A program made the position numbers and the translations under genes. DNA of 64,000 bases from Deltaproteobacteria bacterium (lineage in GTDB: Bacteria > SAR324 > XYD2-FULL-50-16). The notes beneath the pieces are model-generated. The model was not told where the DNA came from. It searched no databases and was given only the letters and a program-made list of their open reading frames with translations. This document shows, one piece after another, positions 35,494-44,806 of this stretch (the first letter of the stretch is position 1; every line of letters begins with the position of its first letter). The stretch is taken from positions 8,274 to 72,273 of the forward strand of contig JABGPJ010000073.1 in the NCBI GenBank assembly GCA_018645005.1, read 5' to 3'.

Positions 35494-36864
35494 ATGTCTG
35501 ATCGTATCTTGATCGTTGATGATGAGGTGTCCATACTCTCCACTTTGAGTGATGTTCTCAAAGATGAAAGCTTTGAAACTGAGCTGGCTGAATCTGCAGA
35601 AGAGGCAATGAAGATTCTGATGAACAGCGATGCCCATGATTTTCAGGCTGCATTGGTTGATATCTGGATGCCGGGTGTTGATGGGATTGAGTTCCTGGAC
35701 TGGACCAAAAGGCGATTTCCGAAACTGCAGGTGATTATGATGTCTGGACATGGAACAATCGAGACAGCTGTCAAGGCAACAAAAAAAGGCGCTTATGATT
35801 TTATAGAGAAACCGTTATCTTTGGAAATCGTACTTATCAAGCTGAATCATGCCTTGAAGGAATCGGCGCTGGAAAGAGAGAATGAAGAGCTGAGAAGAGC
35901 CCAGCGCTCCGAGGACTATGAAATTATCGGGAAATCCCCGGAAATCAAGTCGGTGCTTGAACAGATCTCCATGGCAGCACCATCTGACGGGTGGGTAATG
36001 ATCAATGGTGAAAATGGGACAGGGAAAGAGTTGGTTGCCAGGCAGATACACTACCAAAGTCTAAGGCGCGAAAAACCGTTTATCGAACTGAATTGCGCTG
36101 CTATTCCGGAAGAGATGATTGAAAGTGAACTCTTTGGGCATGAAAAAGGCGCGTTTCCAGGAGCCATCAATCAAAAACTGGGGAAATTCGATCAAGCGAA
36201 TCGAGGGACCTTGTTTTTGGATGAGATTGGAGATATGAGCTTGAAAACTCAATCAAAAATCCTGAGGGTTCTCCAAGAACAACGATTTGAAAGAGTCGGA
36301 GGCTCCGACCTCTTTGAGGTGGATATCCGCATTATTGCCGCATCCAACAAAAATTTGCAGGAGGAGATTGCACAGGGGAATTTTCGTGAAGACCTCTTTT
36401 ATCGTTTGAATGTAATTCCCATTGACCTACCGCCTTTAAAAGACCGGAAAGAGGATATTCCTAATTTAATTGACTATTTTTTAAAACAACTGAGCGAGGC
36501 GGGATTGTACCCAAATAAAAAAATTAGCAGTGCCGCCCTGAATAGTCTCATGGCATATCATTGGCCTGGAAATATCAGAGAACTGAAGAACATTGTGGAA
36601 CGTATGGTGATCATGGTCAAGAGCCCTGTCATCAGTCTTGACCATGTTCCCCCGGTGATTCGTATGGCGAATAAAGAAATGCTTCAGGTAGATGAGTTTC
36701 CAACCCGTTTGAAAGATGCGCGTGAATCGTTTGAAAAGCAGTTTATTCAGTCAATGCTTAAGAAGAACCGCTGGAACATCTCTAAAACGGCCGAAATGAT
36801 CCAGGTGGAGCGCAGTAATCTTTATCGCAAAATCAAACAGCACAACATCGCGGTTCCAAAATAG
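35494..36864 (+). CDS. ntrX: Sigma-54-type (NtrC/NtrX family) response regulator
   Basis: A receiver domain (ILIVDDE...DIWMPGVDG), an AAA+ domain with Walker A GENGTGKE, the GAFTGA variant GAFPGA, Walker B LFLDEIGD, and a C-terminal Fis-type HTH (NISKTAEMIQVERSNLYRKIK). Confidence 0.9.
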   Translation: MSDRILIVDDEVSILSTLSDVLKDESFETELAESAEEAMKILMNSDAHDFQAALVDIWMPGVDGIEFLDWTKRRFPKLQVIMMSGHGTIETAVKATKKGAYDFIEKPLSLEIVLIKLNHALKESALERENEELRRAQRSEDYEIIGKSPEIKSVLEQISMAAPSDGWVMINGENGTGKELVARQIHYQSLRREKPFIELNCAAIPEEMIESELFGHEKGAFPGAINQKLGKFDQANRGTLFLDEIGDMSLKTQSKILRVLQEQRFERVGGSDLFEVDIRIIAASNKNLQEEIAQGNFREDLFYRLNVIPIDLPPLKDRKEDIPNLIDYFLKQLSEAGLYPNKKISSAALNSLMAYHWPGNIRELKNIVERMVIMVKSPVISLDHVPPVIRMANKEMLQVDEFPTRLKDARESFEKQFIQSMLKKNRWNISKTAEMIQVERSNLYRKIKQHNIAVPK

Positions 36865-37099
36865 ACCTTTTTCAATTATTCTAACATGATAAAAAAGAGG
36901 ACCAGTGGCTGGGGATCCATCTACAAAGCAGGTGGAAATGTCTCTGGACTATTGATTCGATAAGCAAAAAAGATTATTATAGGATTTTTTAATAAGATAT
37001 GATAATTGTTCTGTTAAAGAAGTTGAGTGGAACTTGTACCGGTCTTAAAAAAAGTTCCCTGAAAACACAGCTGTAGCTGAATATTGATGAGATACGTAA

Positions 37100-38857
37100 A
37101 TGCTGAAAGGTTTATTTCAAAGTAAGGAAGATAAAATCCGCGTAAAAGTGGCAGAACACATTGCAGATGGGATGACGCATCTGTCACAGAAATTCTACAA
37201 CGGCGCGATGATTGAGTTTGACAAAGCGATGGAGCTCAATCCCGAAGAGGTTTATCCGAGACTTGTCGAAGAACTAAGCAATGCTGCTGCTTCCGGAGAG
37301 CTTGAGTCTGCTTTGGCAATTGGTTTAAATTTGTTTAAAAAAAATAACTCTGATTATGAATTGGCCAATAAACTTGGCAATTACGCGCGGGAACTGAAGG
37401 ACTATAAGCAAGCGAACGGGTTGTATAAGGCAGCGCTCAAGGTCAATAAAAATTATGAGATGGCGTTTTATAACCTGGCTGCATCACAGGCTAAAGTTAA
37501 TATTTTCGATGGGGCAATTGTAAGCGCATTGGAAAAATTCGATACCGCCGAGGGATATATACTTCCCGATTATTTTGGCGAAGAAAACCTTATCGAAAGG
37601 ATGACAGCGCAGGTCGAAGAGCAGAAACAGCTTAATTATAAGGATAAGGTTCAGGATTTGACCATTGAACGGGACAAATTGATTGATGAGGAAAAGGCGT
37701 TAGAGGCGCAAGGGATTGATAATAAGTTAAAAAAGCTGAAAGACGATCTGGACAAGGTTTCTGAAGATGAAATTATTGGGTTGTTTAAAACAGAGATTGA
37801 GGGAAACCCCGAGAATGCCAATTCCCATAAATTCAATCTGTCGCTGTTCGCCTTGAAAAATAGAAAGCCTGACGAAGCCTTGACAGCAATGGAGGGACTC
37901 ACTTTAGCTGATTTTGAAACGGTGGAGCTGTTAAAGGCTATCGCGATGGATCAAAAAGGGTTTAGTGATGAAGCCATCCGGAAGTTAATTCAGATGTTGG
38001 GGAAGAATGAATATAACCGGTACAACAATGTTAATCTGGGGTTGATGTATCGCAAGGCCAAAAAGAAATTTCTGGCTACCAAATACCTCGTCAAAACAGC
38101 TGCACTGCTTGAGAAATCCAATGGGATTTATAGCATGCGGGATCTGCTCAAGTTAGCCGAAGAGACGTATGAGCAGGGAAACCTGAAGAAGGCGTTAAAC
38201 TACTTCACAATTGCCTCGTCAGAGGTTCCAACTCCGCAGATCTGGAACAATATCGGCTCAATCAACGTCGAGATGAAAAAGTACGACGAAGCCGTGGAAG
38301 CTTTCAGGTCGATGGCCGAGCTGGACCCAAAATCCAAAGCGGCAGATTCAAAAATCAAAGAGATTCATGATTACTATGTGGAAAAAGGGGAAAAGCTCTT
38401 TTTGGATCACAAGTTCAAACCAGCAGTGGATTACTATCACAAAGCGCTGGGGGTCCTAAGATTACCGGAAACGCTCAAACAAACAGCAGATGTTTACAAG
38501 CAGTTGAATAATTCCGAAAAAGAGAAAGAGCTGCTTGAAGAGTGGCAAAAAATGATGGATGAACAGAAACAGCAGGAGCAGGAGCAGCATCGCCAGAAAA
38601 TGATTCTGAAAGGGAAAACCCTTCTGAAGCAAAAGAATTATATAAAAGCGATCGAAACCTTCGAAGCTGTTTTACGGATGAAAGTGGACAGAAAAATCTT
38701 CATGCAGCTGGCCGCATTGTACAAGGGTTTGAAAAAGGGCAATGATCTGGCAGAGTTGGAACGGAGGTTTGAAAAAATGTTGCTGCACGAAGAGAAGATG
38801 CGTAAATTCGAGAAGGAAGAAGAACGAAAATCTCAGGCTGAAGACGGAGGAGAGTAA
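37100..38857 (+). CDS. TPR-repeat protein with a coiled-coil, charged C-terminus
   Basis: Repeated A-x-x-x-Y/F...A...NP TPR-like units (for example AMIEFDKAMELNPEE, YKAALKVNKNYEMAFYNLA) and a Glu/Lys/Gln-rich tail. Confidence 0.7.
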   Translation: MLKGLFQSKEDKIRVKVAEHIADGMTHLSQKFYNGAMIEFDKAMELNPEEVYPRLVEELSNAAASGELESALAIGLNLFKKNNSDYELANKLGNYARELKDYKQANGLYKAALKVNKNYEMAFYNLAASQAKVNIFDGAIVSALEKFDTAEGYILPDYFGEENLIERMTAQVEEQKQLNYKDKVQDLTIERDKLIDEEKALEAQGIDNKLKKLKDDLDKVSEDEIIGLFKTEIEGNPENANSHKFNLSLFALKNRKPDEALTAMEGLTLADFETVELLKAIAMDQKGFSDEAIRKLIQMLGKNEYNRYNNVNLGLMYRKAKKKFLATKYLVKTAALLEKSNGIYSMRDLLKLAEETYEQGNLKKALNYFTIASSEVPTPQIWNNIGSINVEMKKYDEAVEAFRSMAELDPKSKAADSKIKEIHDYYVEKGEKLFLDHKFKPAVDYYHKALGVLRLPETLKQTADVYKQLNNSEKEKELLEEWQKMMDEQKQQEQEQHRQKMILKGKTLLKQKNYIKAIETFEAVLRMKVDRKIFMQLAALYKGLKKGNDLAELERRFEKMLLHEEKMRKFEKEEERKSQAEDGGE

Positions 38858-39592
38858 TCAGTCGGTGACAGTGCTTGCCGACTGTTTCTGAGCGTAATGG
38901 ATGACGGTACTGCCAAAATGAAAGTTGAAAAAACGGACATTCGAAAACCCTGTGTTTTCAAGAATGTCAGATAGTTTCTCCTGGGATGGGTAGTTGAGCG
39001 AGGAGTGTGGGAAATAGTCAAAAAATTCTTCTCCCGGGTAGATCATTTTTCCAATTTTGGGGACAATGACAAAGAAATAGAATTGAAAAAGCGTTCTGAT
39101 TAACGGGATTTTAACTTTCCCCATGTCCAGAGAGAGAAAACACCCCCCCGGTTTCAATACTCGCAGCACTTCAGACAGACACCCTTGAATATCATCCAGG
39201 TTTCTCAATCCGAATCCAACCGTTACCGCATCCTGACTTTCGCTTTTCATCGGCAGACATGTGGCATCTCCCTGAAGAAAACGGCTCCTTCTATTTGCAG
39301 TCCTGGCGCGCGCAACATGCAGCATACCGGCTGAAAAATCCAGTCCGGTTGCTTTTCCCGAATCACCAACAACGTTTTCCAGACGCTGAGTGATGTCCCC
39401 CGTGCCACAACAGATATCCAATGCAGAGTCACCTGGTTTTAGTCCGGCTTTTCGGACCAGAAATCCTTTCCAGTACCGATGCATCCATTGGGTCACAATA
39501 TCGTTGAATAAATCGTATCTATTCGCAATTACGGAGAATTTATTTTTAACATAGGTGGCCTTTTTTTGACCTCCGGGTATTTTAAATGACAT
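38858..39592 (-). CDS. ubiE: Demethylmenaquinone/ubiquinone methyltransferase UbiE/MenG
   Basis: VKNKFSVIANRYDLFNDIVTQWMHRYWK and the SAM motif LDICCGTGD, typical of the UbiE family. Confidence 0.88.
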   Translation of the reverse strand: MSFKIPGGQKKATYVKNKFSVIANRYDLFNDIVTQWMHRYWKGFLVRKAGLKPGDSALDICCGTGDITQRLENVVGDSGKATGLDFSAGMLHVARARTANRRSRFLQGDATCLPMKSESQDAVTVGFGLRNLDDIQGCLSEVLRVLKPGGCFLSLDMGKVKIPLIRTLFQFYFFVIVPKIGKMIYPGEEFFDYFPHSSLNYPSQEKLSDILENTGFSNVRFFNFHFGSTVIHYAQKQSASTVTD

Positions 39593-39603
39593 TAGGAAAG
39601 AGG

Positions 39604-40137
39604 TTACTGGGTGGTACCGGTCGCTTCGGCAGTATTTGCCTGTTGGCTTTGAATGGTTTCTGGTGCAGCTGCTTTGACGAGATCAAACTCAAAGTAGCGA
39701 TTATATATTTTTCGTTTATCTCCAAAACGTATTCCGTAGACGTTACTTCTGACCCCTTTTTGGTAGTAGGCCAGTTCTACAACGCCAACTTGATGCTGGG
39801 TGATATGCTTCTCCAGTGTTATCCTGACCCGTTCCCCTACCTTAAATTTAGGTTTTATCGGTTTAGGAAGCGGGCAGGCCAGTTTGTAGCCAGATGTATC
39901 ACCATAACAAACCCAGCTCGCTTTTGTGAAAGCAGACAATCGATTCCCACCGCCGTGAGTGAGGATATACTTGTCCGGGGAAAAGCCTGTTCGCTCTTCC
40001 CAACTCTTATTGGCGATGTGGTCATACACCTCAATCAGGTAAGCTCTGTATTCAGCCCTGAGCGAAAAAGGGAAGATCATCAGACAGAGGAATAACCCGA
40101 TTTTGAAGCTGCTATGTCGATAAGACGTTGATCGCAT
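39604..40137 (-). CDS. Hypothetical secreted protein
   Basis: It has an N-terminal signal-like segment (FKIGLFLCLMIFPFSLRA) and is co-oriented with its neighbours. It is preferred over the antisense ORF 39586-40095. I recognise no family. Confidence 0.55.
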   Translation of the reverse strand: MRSTSYRHSSFKIGLFLCLMIFPFSLRAEYRAYLIEVYDHIANKSWEERTGFSPDKYILTHGGGNRLSAFTKASWVCYGDTSGYKLACPLPKPIKPKFKVGERVRITLEKHITQHQVGVVELAYYQKGVRSNVYGIRFGDKRKIYNRYFEFDLVKAAAPETIQSQQANTAEATGTTQ

Positions 40138-40153
40138 AAATAGTTTTCTTATG

Positions 40154-40879
40154 TCAGGAGTGGGTCAACTGCATCAGATCTCCAATCTCGGTTTTGGATA
40201 GCTCTCGACATTCCCCGGGGGACAACTCATGCAATTCAATATTTCCGATGCTATAGCGCTTTATTTTCAAGACTCGATACCCGGCGGCCAGAAAAGTTTT
40301 CTTAATATGGTGTTTGACACCCTCTTGCAGAGAGACAACCAGCCACGATTTGTCGTTCACAAAATGTAAAAAACGGATTTTAACCGACTGTCTTTTTTTA
40401 CCATCAATAATTGGGCCAGACCTTATTTGATTAATCTCTTCATTGGATATTTTCCCCTTTATTTTTACAAAATACTGTTTCCAGACGTGTTTACTGGGGT
40501 GTGTAATGCGATTGGCCAGGTTCCCGTCATTGGTCAGGATAATCAACCCTTCTGCATCATAATCGAGACGTCCGACCGGGAACAGCCTGAACTGGGTCTT
40601 GGGGAAATAGTTGACAATTGTATCTCGTTGCTGAGGATCGTTAAGAGTGGTGACGCAGTTCTTGGGTTTGTATAAGGCATACGCGACTGGATTTAGCATC
40701 GCTGTAGATATGAGTTTACCGTTGACTTTGACTCTGTCTGTTGCGGGATCAATCTGTGTTCCCAGGCGGGTGATGATCTGGCCGTTTACAACGACTTGCC
40801 GGTCGATAATCAACTGTTCCGCTTTTCTTCTGGAAGCAATTCCGGCATCGGCGATGAATTTCTGTAACCTAATTGTCAT
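40154..40879 (-). CDS. RsuA/RluB-family rRNA pseudouridine synthase (S4 domain plus catalytic domain)
   Basis: S4 domain (RLQKFIADAGIASRRKAEQLI) and catalytic motif PVGRLDYDAEGLIILTNDG. Confidence 0.85.
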   Translation of the reverse strand: MTIRLQKFIADAGIASRRKAEQLIIDRQVVVNGQIITRLGTQIDPATDRVKVNGKLISTAMLNPVAYALYKPKNCVTTLNDPQQRDTIVNYFPKTQFRLFPVGRLDYDAEGLIILTNDGNLANRITHPSKHVWKQYFVKIKGKISNEEINQIRSGPIIDGKKRQSVKIRFLHFVNDKSWLVVSLQEGVKHHIKKTFLAAGYRVLKIKRYSIGNIELHELSPGECRELSKTEIGDLMQLTHS

Positions 40880-41615
40880 ATTGATCTTTTATTTTTTCAA
40901 ATGCGTTGATAGCGGCATTCTGTTCTGAAATTTTTTTGCTTTTTCCCTTTCCGATACCAAAGATTTCATTGGCGATCATCAAAGCAGTTACAAACTCCTT
41001 ATTGTGATCAGGGCCGGATTCTTCGATAACTTTGTAATTTAATGCGCCCAATTTTTGTTTCTGGACGAACTCCTGAAAATCGGTTTTGTAATCGACAGTG
41101 GAGAACGTCTTCTCAGCGGTTTTAATCTCTTCGGAAAACAATGATTTTATGATGTGGGTGACCCTCTCGACACCTTCATTTTCACGGCTGTCCAGAAAAA
41201 CCGCACAAAAAAGTGCTTCTAATGTATCTGACAAGATGGAGTTTTTTTCTCTGCCGCCGGTAATCTCTTCTCCTTTCCCGATCAAAACAAATCGCCCCAG
41301 TTCAATTTTTTTGGCCAAGGCGCTCAGGCCGTTTTCTGATACCAGAACCGCCCTGAATTTCGACAACATCCCCTCTGGCAAATCAGGGTAATTTTTCATC
41401 AGATAATCGCTGATAACAAACTGCAGAATAGCATCCCCCAGAAACTCAAATCGTTCGTTGTTATCTTGTTTGTGTTCATGCGCATAGGACTTGTGGGTCA
41501 ATGCTTGAACCAGGTAGTTGATGTTTTGGAACGGATATCCCAGTTTTTGTTGAAGTTCTTCAAGGTCGCAGTTGTCTGGGAGGTTGTGAACTGTTGTATT
41601 AGGGATCGTGGACAT
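40869..41615 (-). CDS. rnc: Ribonuclease III
   Basis: RNase III signature NERFEFLGDAIL and a C-terminal dsRBD (GPDHNKEF...GKGKSKKISEQNAA). Confidence 0.93.
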   Translation of the reverse strand: MSTIPNTTVHNLPDNCDLEELQQKLGYPFQNINYLVQALTHKSYAHEHKQDNNERFEFLGDAILQFVISDYLMKNYPDLPEGMLSKFRAVLVSENGLSALAKKIELGRFVLIGKGEEITGGREKNSILSDTLEALFCAVFLDSRENEGVERVTHIIKSLFSEEIKTAEKTFSTVDYKTDFQEFVQKQKLGALNYKVIEESGPDHNKEFVTALMIANEIFGIGKGKSKKISEQNAAINAFEKIKDQYDN

Positions 41616-41750
41616 TGAAATGACTCATTACAGGCTTAAAGCGTAATAGACCACTTTATTGTAGTATACTACACCAAAAAACAGTCTTTAAATCACATTT
41701 GGAAATACTGGCGAATATCTTTTTTGAAACAGTAAAATGGTTTCTCTGAT

Positions 41751-41974
41751 CAGCAATGTCCAGTTAGGTTTTTGCAGAAAGCTGAATCGAGCTTATAAGG
41801 ATTTATTAGATTTTCTTAGTTTAGCGTAACAAAAATGAGCCTTGTTTGAGCGAGGTACGAGTAAGTTTGGCTGTTTTTCGTGAAGCAACCTTAGCAAATC
41901 TTTAAATCCTTAGGCGCAGAGACGGGTTTTATCATTCAACTTTTGTCTTGCAAAAACCTAACCGGACATTGCTG
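41751..41974. mobile_element. Non-autonomous MITE-like element (224 bp) with 26-nt terminal inverted repeats and a 9-bp target-site duplication
   Basis: The left end CAGCAATGTCCAGTTAGGTTTTTGCA matches the reverse complement of the right end, CAGCAATGTCCGGTTAGGTTTTTGCA, at 25/26 positions. TTCTCTGAT flanks both sides (41742-41750 and 41975-41983). The interior is a long imperfect palindrome with no ORF. Confidence 0.75.
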
Positions 41975-42268
41975 TTCTCTGATACAGTTTATTTTATCAT
42001 GAGTAAATATTTAAGCAAGCTGTGATGCAGTATATTTATAAAATTATGGTTTTCTATCAGTGAATTGCGGTTGAATTTGTTGCCCCAGGGTCCTTTTTTG
42101 GATGATGCCATGTCAAAGAGTACAGAATCTGGTATGACTGTTTAAATAGTTAAAAAAATAAGACCATGACGATTGCATCATGGTTATTCATCTAAAAGGA
42201 CAACCATGGTTTTGCAGGCTTGAAGTGGGGACGAAAATCCGCTAAATCCGCAATCCGTTTTTCCCAGT

Positions 42269-44104
42269 TTGAGCAACATGTTTGAAGTTACGATTGATAC
42301 CCCTTCGCCTCGGGCGGTATTAAAAAAGGTTTTTGGGTACGACCATTTTCTGGAAGGTCAAGAAGCGATTATCGATCATATCATCGCTGGATGTGATGCT
42401 CTGGTGTTGATGCCGACCGGCGGAGGAAAATCACTTTGCTACCAGATTCCCGCCCTTGTTCGTCCTGGACTTGGTATCGTGATATCTCCCTTGATAGCTC
42501 TGATGCAGGACCAGGTTGACGCATTGCACCAACTGGGGGTCAGAGCCGCTTTTTTGAATTCGACCCTGAGTATGAAGCAAGCACATGAGGTTGAAAGGCG
42601 CATGATTCAAGGCGATGTGGATATCCTTTATGTAGCGCCAGAACGTCTATTGACCCCCCGCTTCCAGGATTTGCTTCAACAGGCACCTCTGTCGCTGTTT
42701 GCTATAGATGAAGCCCACTGCGTCTCTCAATGGGGGCACGATTTCAGACCTGAATATATACAGCTTTCGATCCTCCACGAGCGGTTTCCAAATATTCCCC
42801 GTATTGCTTTGACAGCGACGGCGGATGAAGCCACCCGGCAGGAGATTCGCCAGAAACTGGGACTCACTTCAGCCAGGCAGTTTACATTCAGCTTTGATCG
42901 GCCCAACATCCGCTATCGAATTGTGCTAAAGAAAACGCCCAAAATTCAACTTTTGGAGTTTATTCGCTGGGAACACGAAGATGAAGCCGGAATTGTATAC
43001 TGTCTAAGCCGAAAGAAGGTCGAGGAAATGGCTGAATGGCTGACGGAAAACGGATTCACTGCTTTGCCATATCACGCAGGGCTTGACGTAAAAGTCAGGC
43101 AGACCAACCAACAGAGATTTCTGAAGGAGGATGGTGTGATCATTGTTGCGACGGTAGCTTTCGGCATGGGAATCGATAAGCCGGATGTCCGTTTTGTAGC
43201 GCATCTGGATCTTCCCAAAAGTATGGAGGGATACTATCAGGAAACCGGCCGCGCCGGTCGAGATGGGTTGCGGGCAGATGCCTGGATGACCTACAGTCTG
43301 GCGGACGTGGTTTTGTTAAGGAAGATTATGGAAAGCTCCGAGGCCAGTGAACAGCATAAACAGGTGGAGAGAAGAAAACTAGAATCACTGCTGGGGTACT
43401 GTGAAACAGTTCAGTGCCGTCGTCAGGTGATGCTGGGCTACTTCGGAGAAGAGTTGCCTCAGCCGTGCGGAAACTGCGATACCTGCCTGGATGTTGTCGA
43501 TACCTGGGACGGGACCGTTATTTCCCAAAAAGCCCTCTCTTGTGTGTATCGCACAGGACAGATATTCGGTACCACCTATCTGATAAATGTCCTCAGGGGG
43601 GAGGATAACACCCGTATCAAACAAAACGCACATCATCTACTTTCCACTTTCGGGATTGGCAGTGAACTGTCGGTTGCTGAGTGGAAATCTGTTTTTAGAC
43701 AGTTAATCGCCGCCGATCTGTTAAGTGTTGATATTTCTGGGTACGGGGGCTTTCGTTTGACCTCGAAAAGTCGACCTGTGTTGAAGGGGGAAAAAGAGGT
43801 CTTTTTTCGCAGGGACCCGGTGACTAAGAAAAAACCAAAACGACAGAAACCGGTTACAATTTCAGACAACCCTGATGTTCAGAAAATATGGCAGTCCCTG
43901 AGAGAGTTACGGCGTGAAATAGCCAATGAGCAGAACAAAGCCCCCTATCTGATTTTTCACGATAAAACCCTGATGGAGATGGCTGGAAAGCGGCCTCAGA
44001 GTTTAGAGGAATTGCGGGGTATTTCGGGTGTTGGGGCCGCGAAACTGGACCAGTATGGAGACCGTTTTCTGTCGGATTTAAAACGGTTTGGAAATGGAGA
44101 TTAG
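42269..44104 (+). CDS. recQ: ATP-dependent DNA helicase RecQ
   Basis: Helicase motifs ([28 protein letters not shown]), a RecQ Zn-finger (CRR...CGNCDTC) and a C-terminal HRDC. The track start is a TTG at 42269; an alternative ATG lies at 42278. Confidence 0.93.
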   Translation: MSNMFEVTIDTPSPRAVLKKVFGYDHFLEGQEAIIDHIIAGCDALVLMPTGGGKSLCYQIPALVRPGLGIVISPLIALMQDQVDALHQLGVRAAFLNSTLSMKQAHEVERRMIQGDVDILYVAPERLLTPRFQDLLQQAPLSLFAIDEAHCVSQWGHDFRPEYIQLSILHERFPNIPRIALTATADEATRQEIRQKLGLTSARQFTFSFDRPNIRYRIVLKKTPKIQLLEFIRWEHEDEAGIVYCLSRKKVEEMAEWLTENGFTALPYHAGLDVKVRQTNQQRFLKEDGVIIVATVAFGMGIDKPDVRFVAHLDLPKSMEGYYQETGRAGRDGLRADAWMTYSLADVVLLRKIMESSEASEQHKQVERRKLESLLGYCETVQCRRQVMLGYFGEELPQPCGNCDTCLDVVDTWDGTVISQKALSCVYRTGQIFGTTYLINVLRGEDNTRIKQNAHHLLSTFGIGSELSVAEWKSVFRQLIAADLLSVDISGYGGFRLTSKSRPVLKGEKEVFFRRDPVTKKKPKRQKPVTISDNPDVQKIWQSLRELRREIANEQNKAPYLIFHDKTLMEMAGKRPQSLEELRGISGVGAAKLDQYGDRFLSDLKRFGNGD

Positions 44105-44694
44105 CGATGCATTTGATGTCTGGAGCGCTTTTTTTTGCGATTCAATGAGTGTCGCAACATTCTTCGCAATATCTTCCTTGCCGAATTCCGGTTCTCAACT
44201 TTGACGATCTGCGGAACTCTGAAAAAGTCGACAAACCACCAGAGATACAAACCGCCACAAGTAATTGTAAAAAGAATCTGCTTGATTAGATTGCGGGAGT
44301 ACAAATAGTGGCAGGAAAAAGGGGGCGGAATGAGCCAGAGCAGGTAAGAGACTGCGATGCTGCGGGACTGAATCTGATACTCCTCCCAGAATTCATCTTT
44401 GAGAACAACCGGTAGTTTTGATAACGCTTCACGAACTGTTGCCGGCAGAAGATCAGACTGTTCATCGAAAAGTTCAGGGTCGTTGCTGACTGTGTCTGCT
44501 GGGGTTTCATGGGCTGTGCGGATCTCATCTGCAATGCGCTCCATTTCTTCGCGCGGCACTTCAGTGATCTCTTCAAGCGCTTGCAAGGTTGCTTGAATTG
44601 TAGCTTCTTTGTCTTCTTTTAACCGAAGTTCACGTTCCCTTTCTAAAACACGTTCTCTGATTTTATCCAGGATCTCTTCTTGATTATCACTCAT
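44101..44694 (-). CDS. TM2 domain-containing membrane protein with an acidic coiled-coil N-terminus
   Basis: The C-terminal [49 protein letters not shown] has the TM2 two-helix pattern. Its 3' end overlaps the recQ stop by 4 nt (convergent genes). Confidence 0.7.
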   Translation of the reverse strand: MSDNQEEILDKIRERVLERERELRLKEDKEATIQATLQALEEITEVPREEMERIADEIRTAHETPADTVSNDPELFDEQSDLLPATVREALSKLPVVLKDEFWEEYQIQSRSIAVSYLLWLIPPPFSCHYLYSRNLIKQILFTITCGGLYLWWFVDFFRVPQIVKVENRNSARKILRRMLRHSLNRKKKRSRHQMHR

Positions 44695-44806
44695 TTTGCT
44701 GTTTCCGGCGGTACCAACCCTTCAATTTACCTCGTTATGTTTTTTCCAAATGGCAAAATCGATTTGAGTCAGTTGTGACAAATACGGTTAGAATATTTGA
44801 AAGAAT

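Noticed and set aside
35365-35751. 128-aa ORF on the minus strand overlapping the ntrX-like gene start
   Set aside because: It is antisense to a well-supported receiver domain, with no motifs or start-site signals.
39586-40095. 169-aa ORF on the plus strand
   Set aside because: It is antisense to the signal-peptide-bearing 177-aa ORF, which is co-oriented with ubiE and the pseudouridine synthase gene. It is Cys/Phe/Arg-rich with no motifs, so I judged it the shadow frame. Neither ORF has family support, so this choice is only moderately confident.
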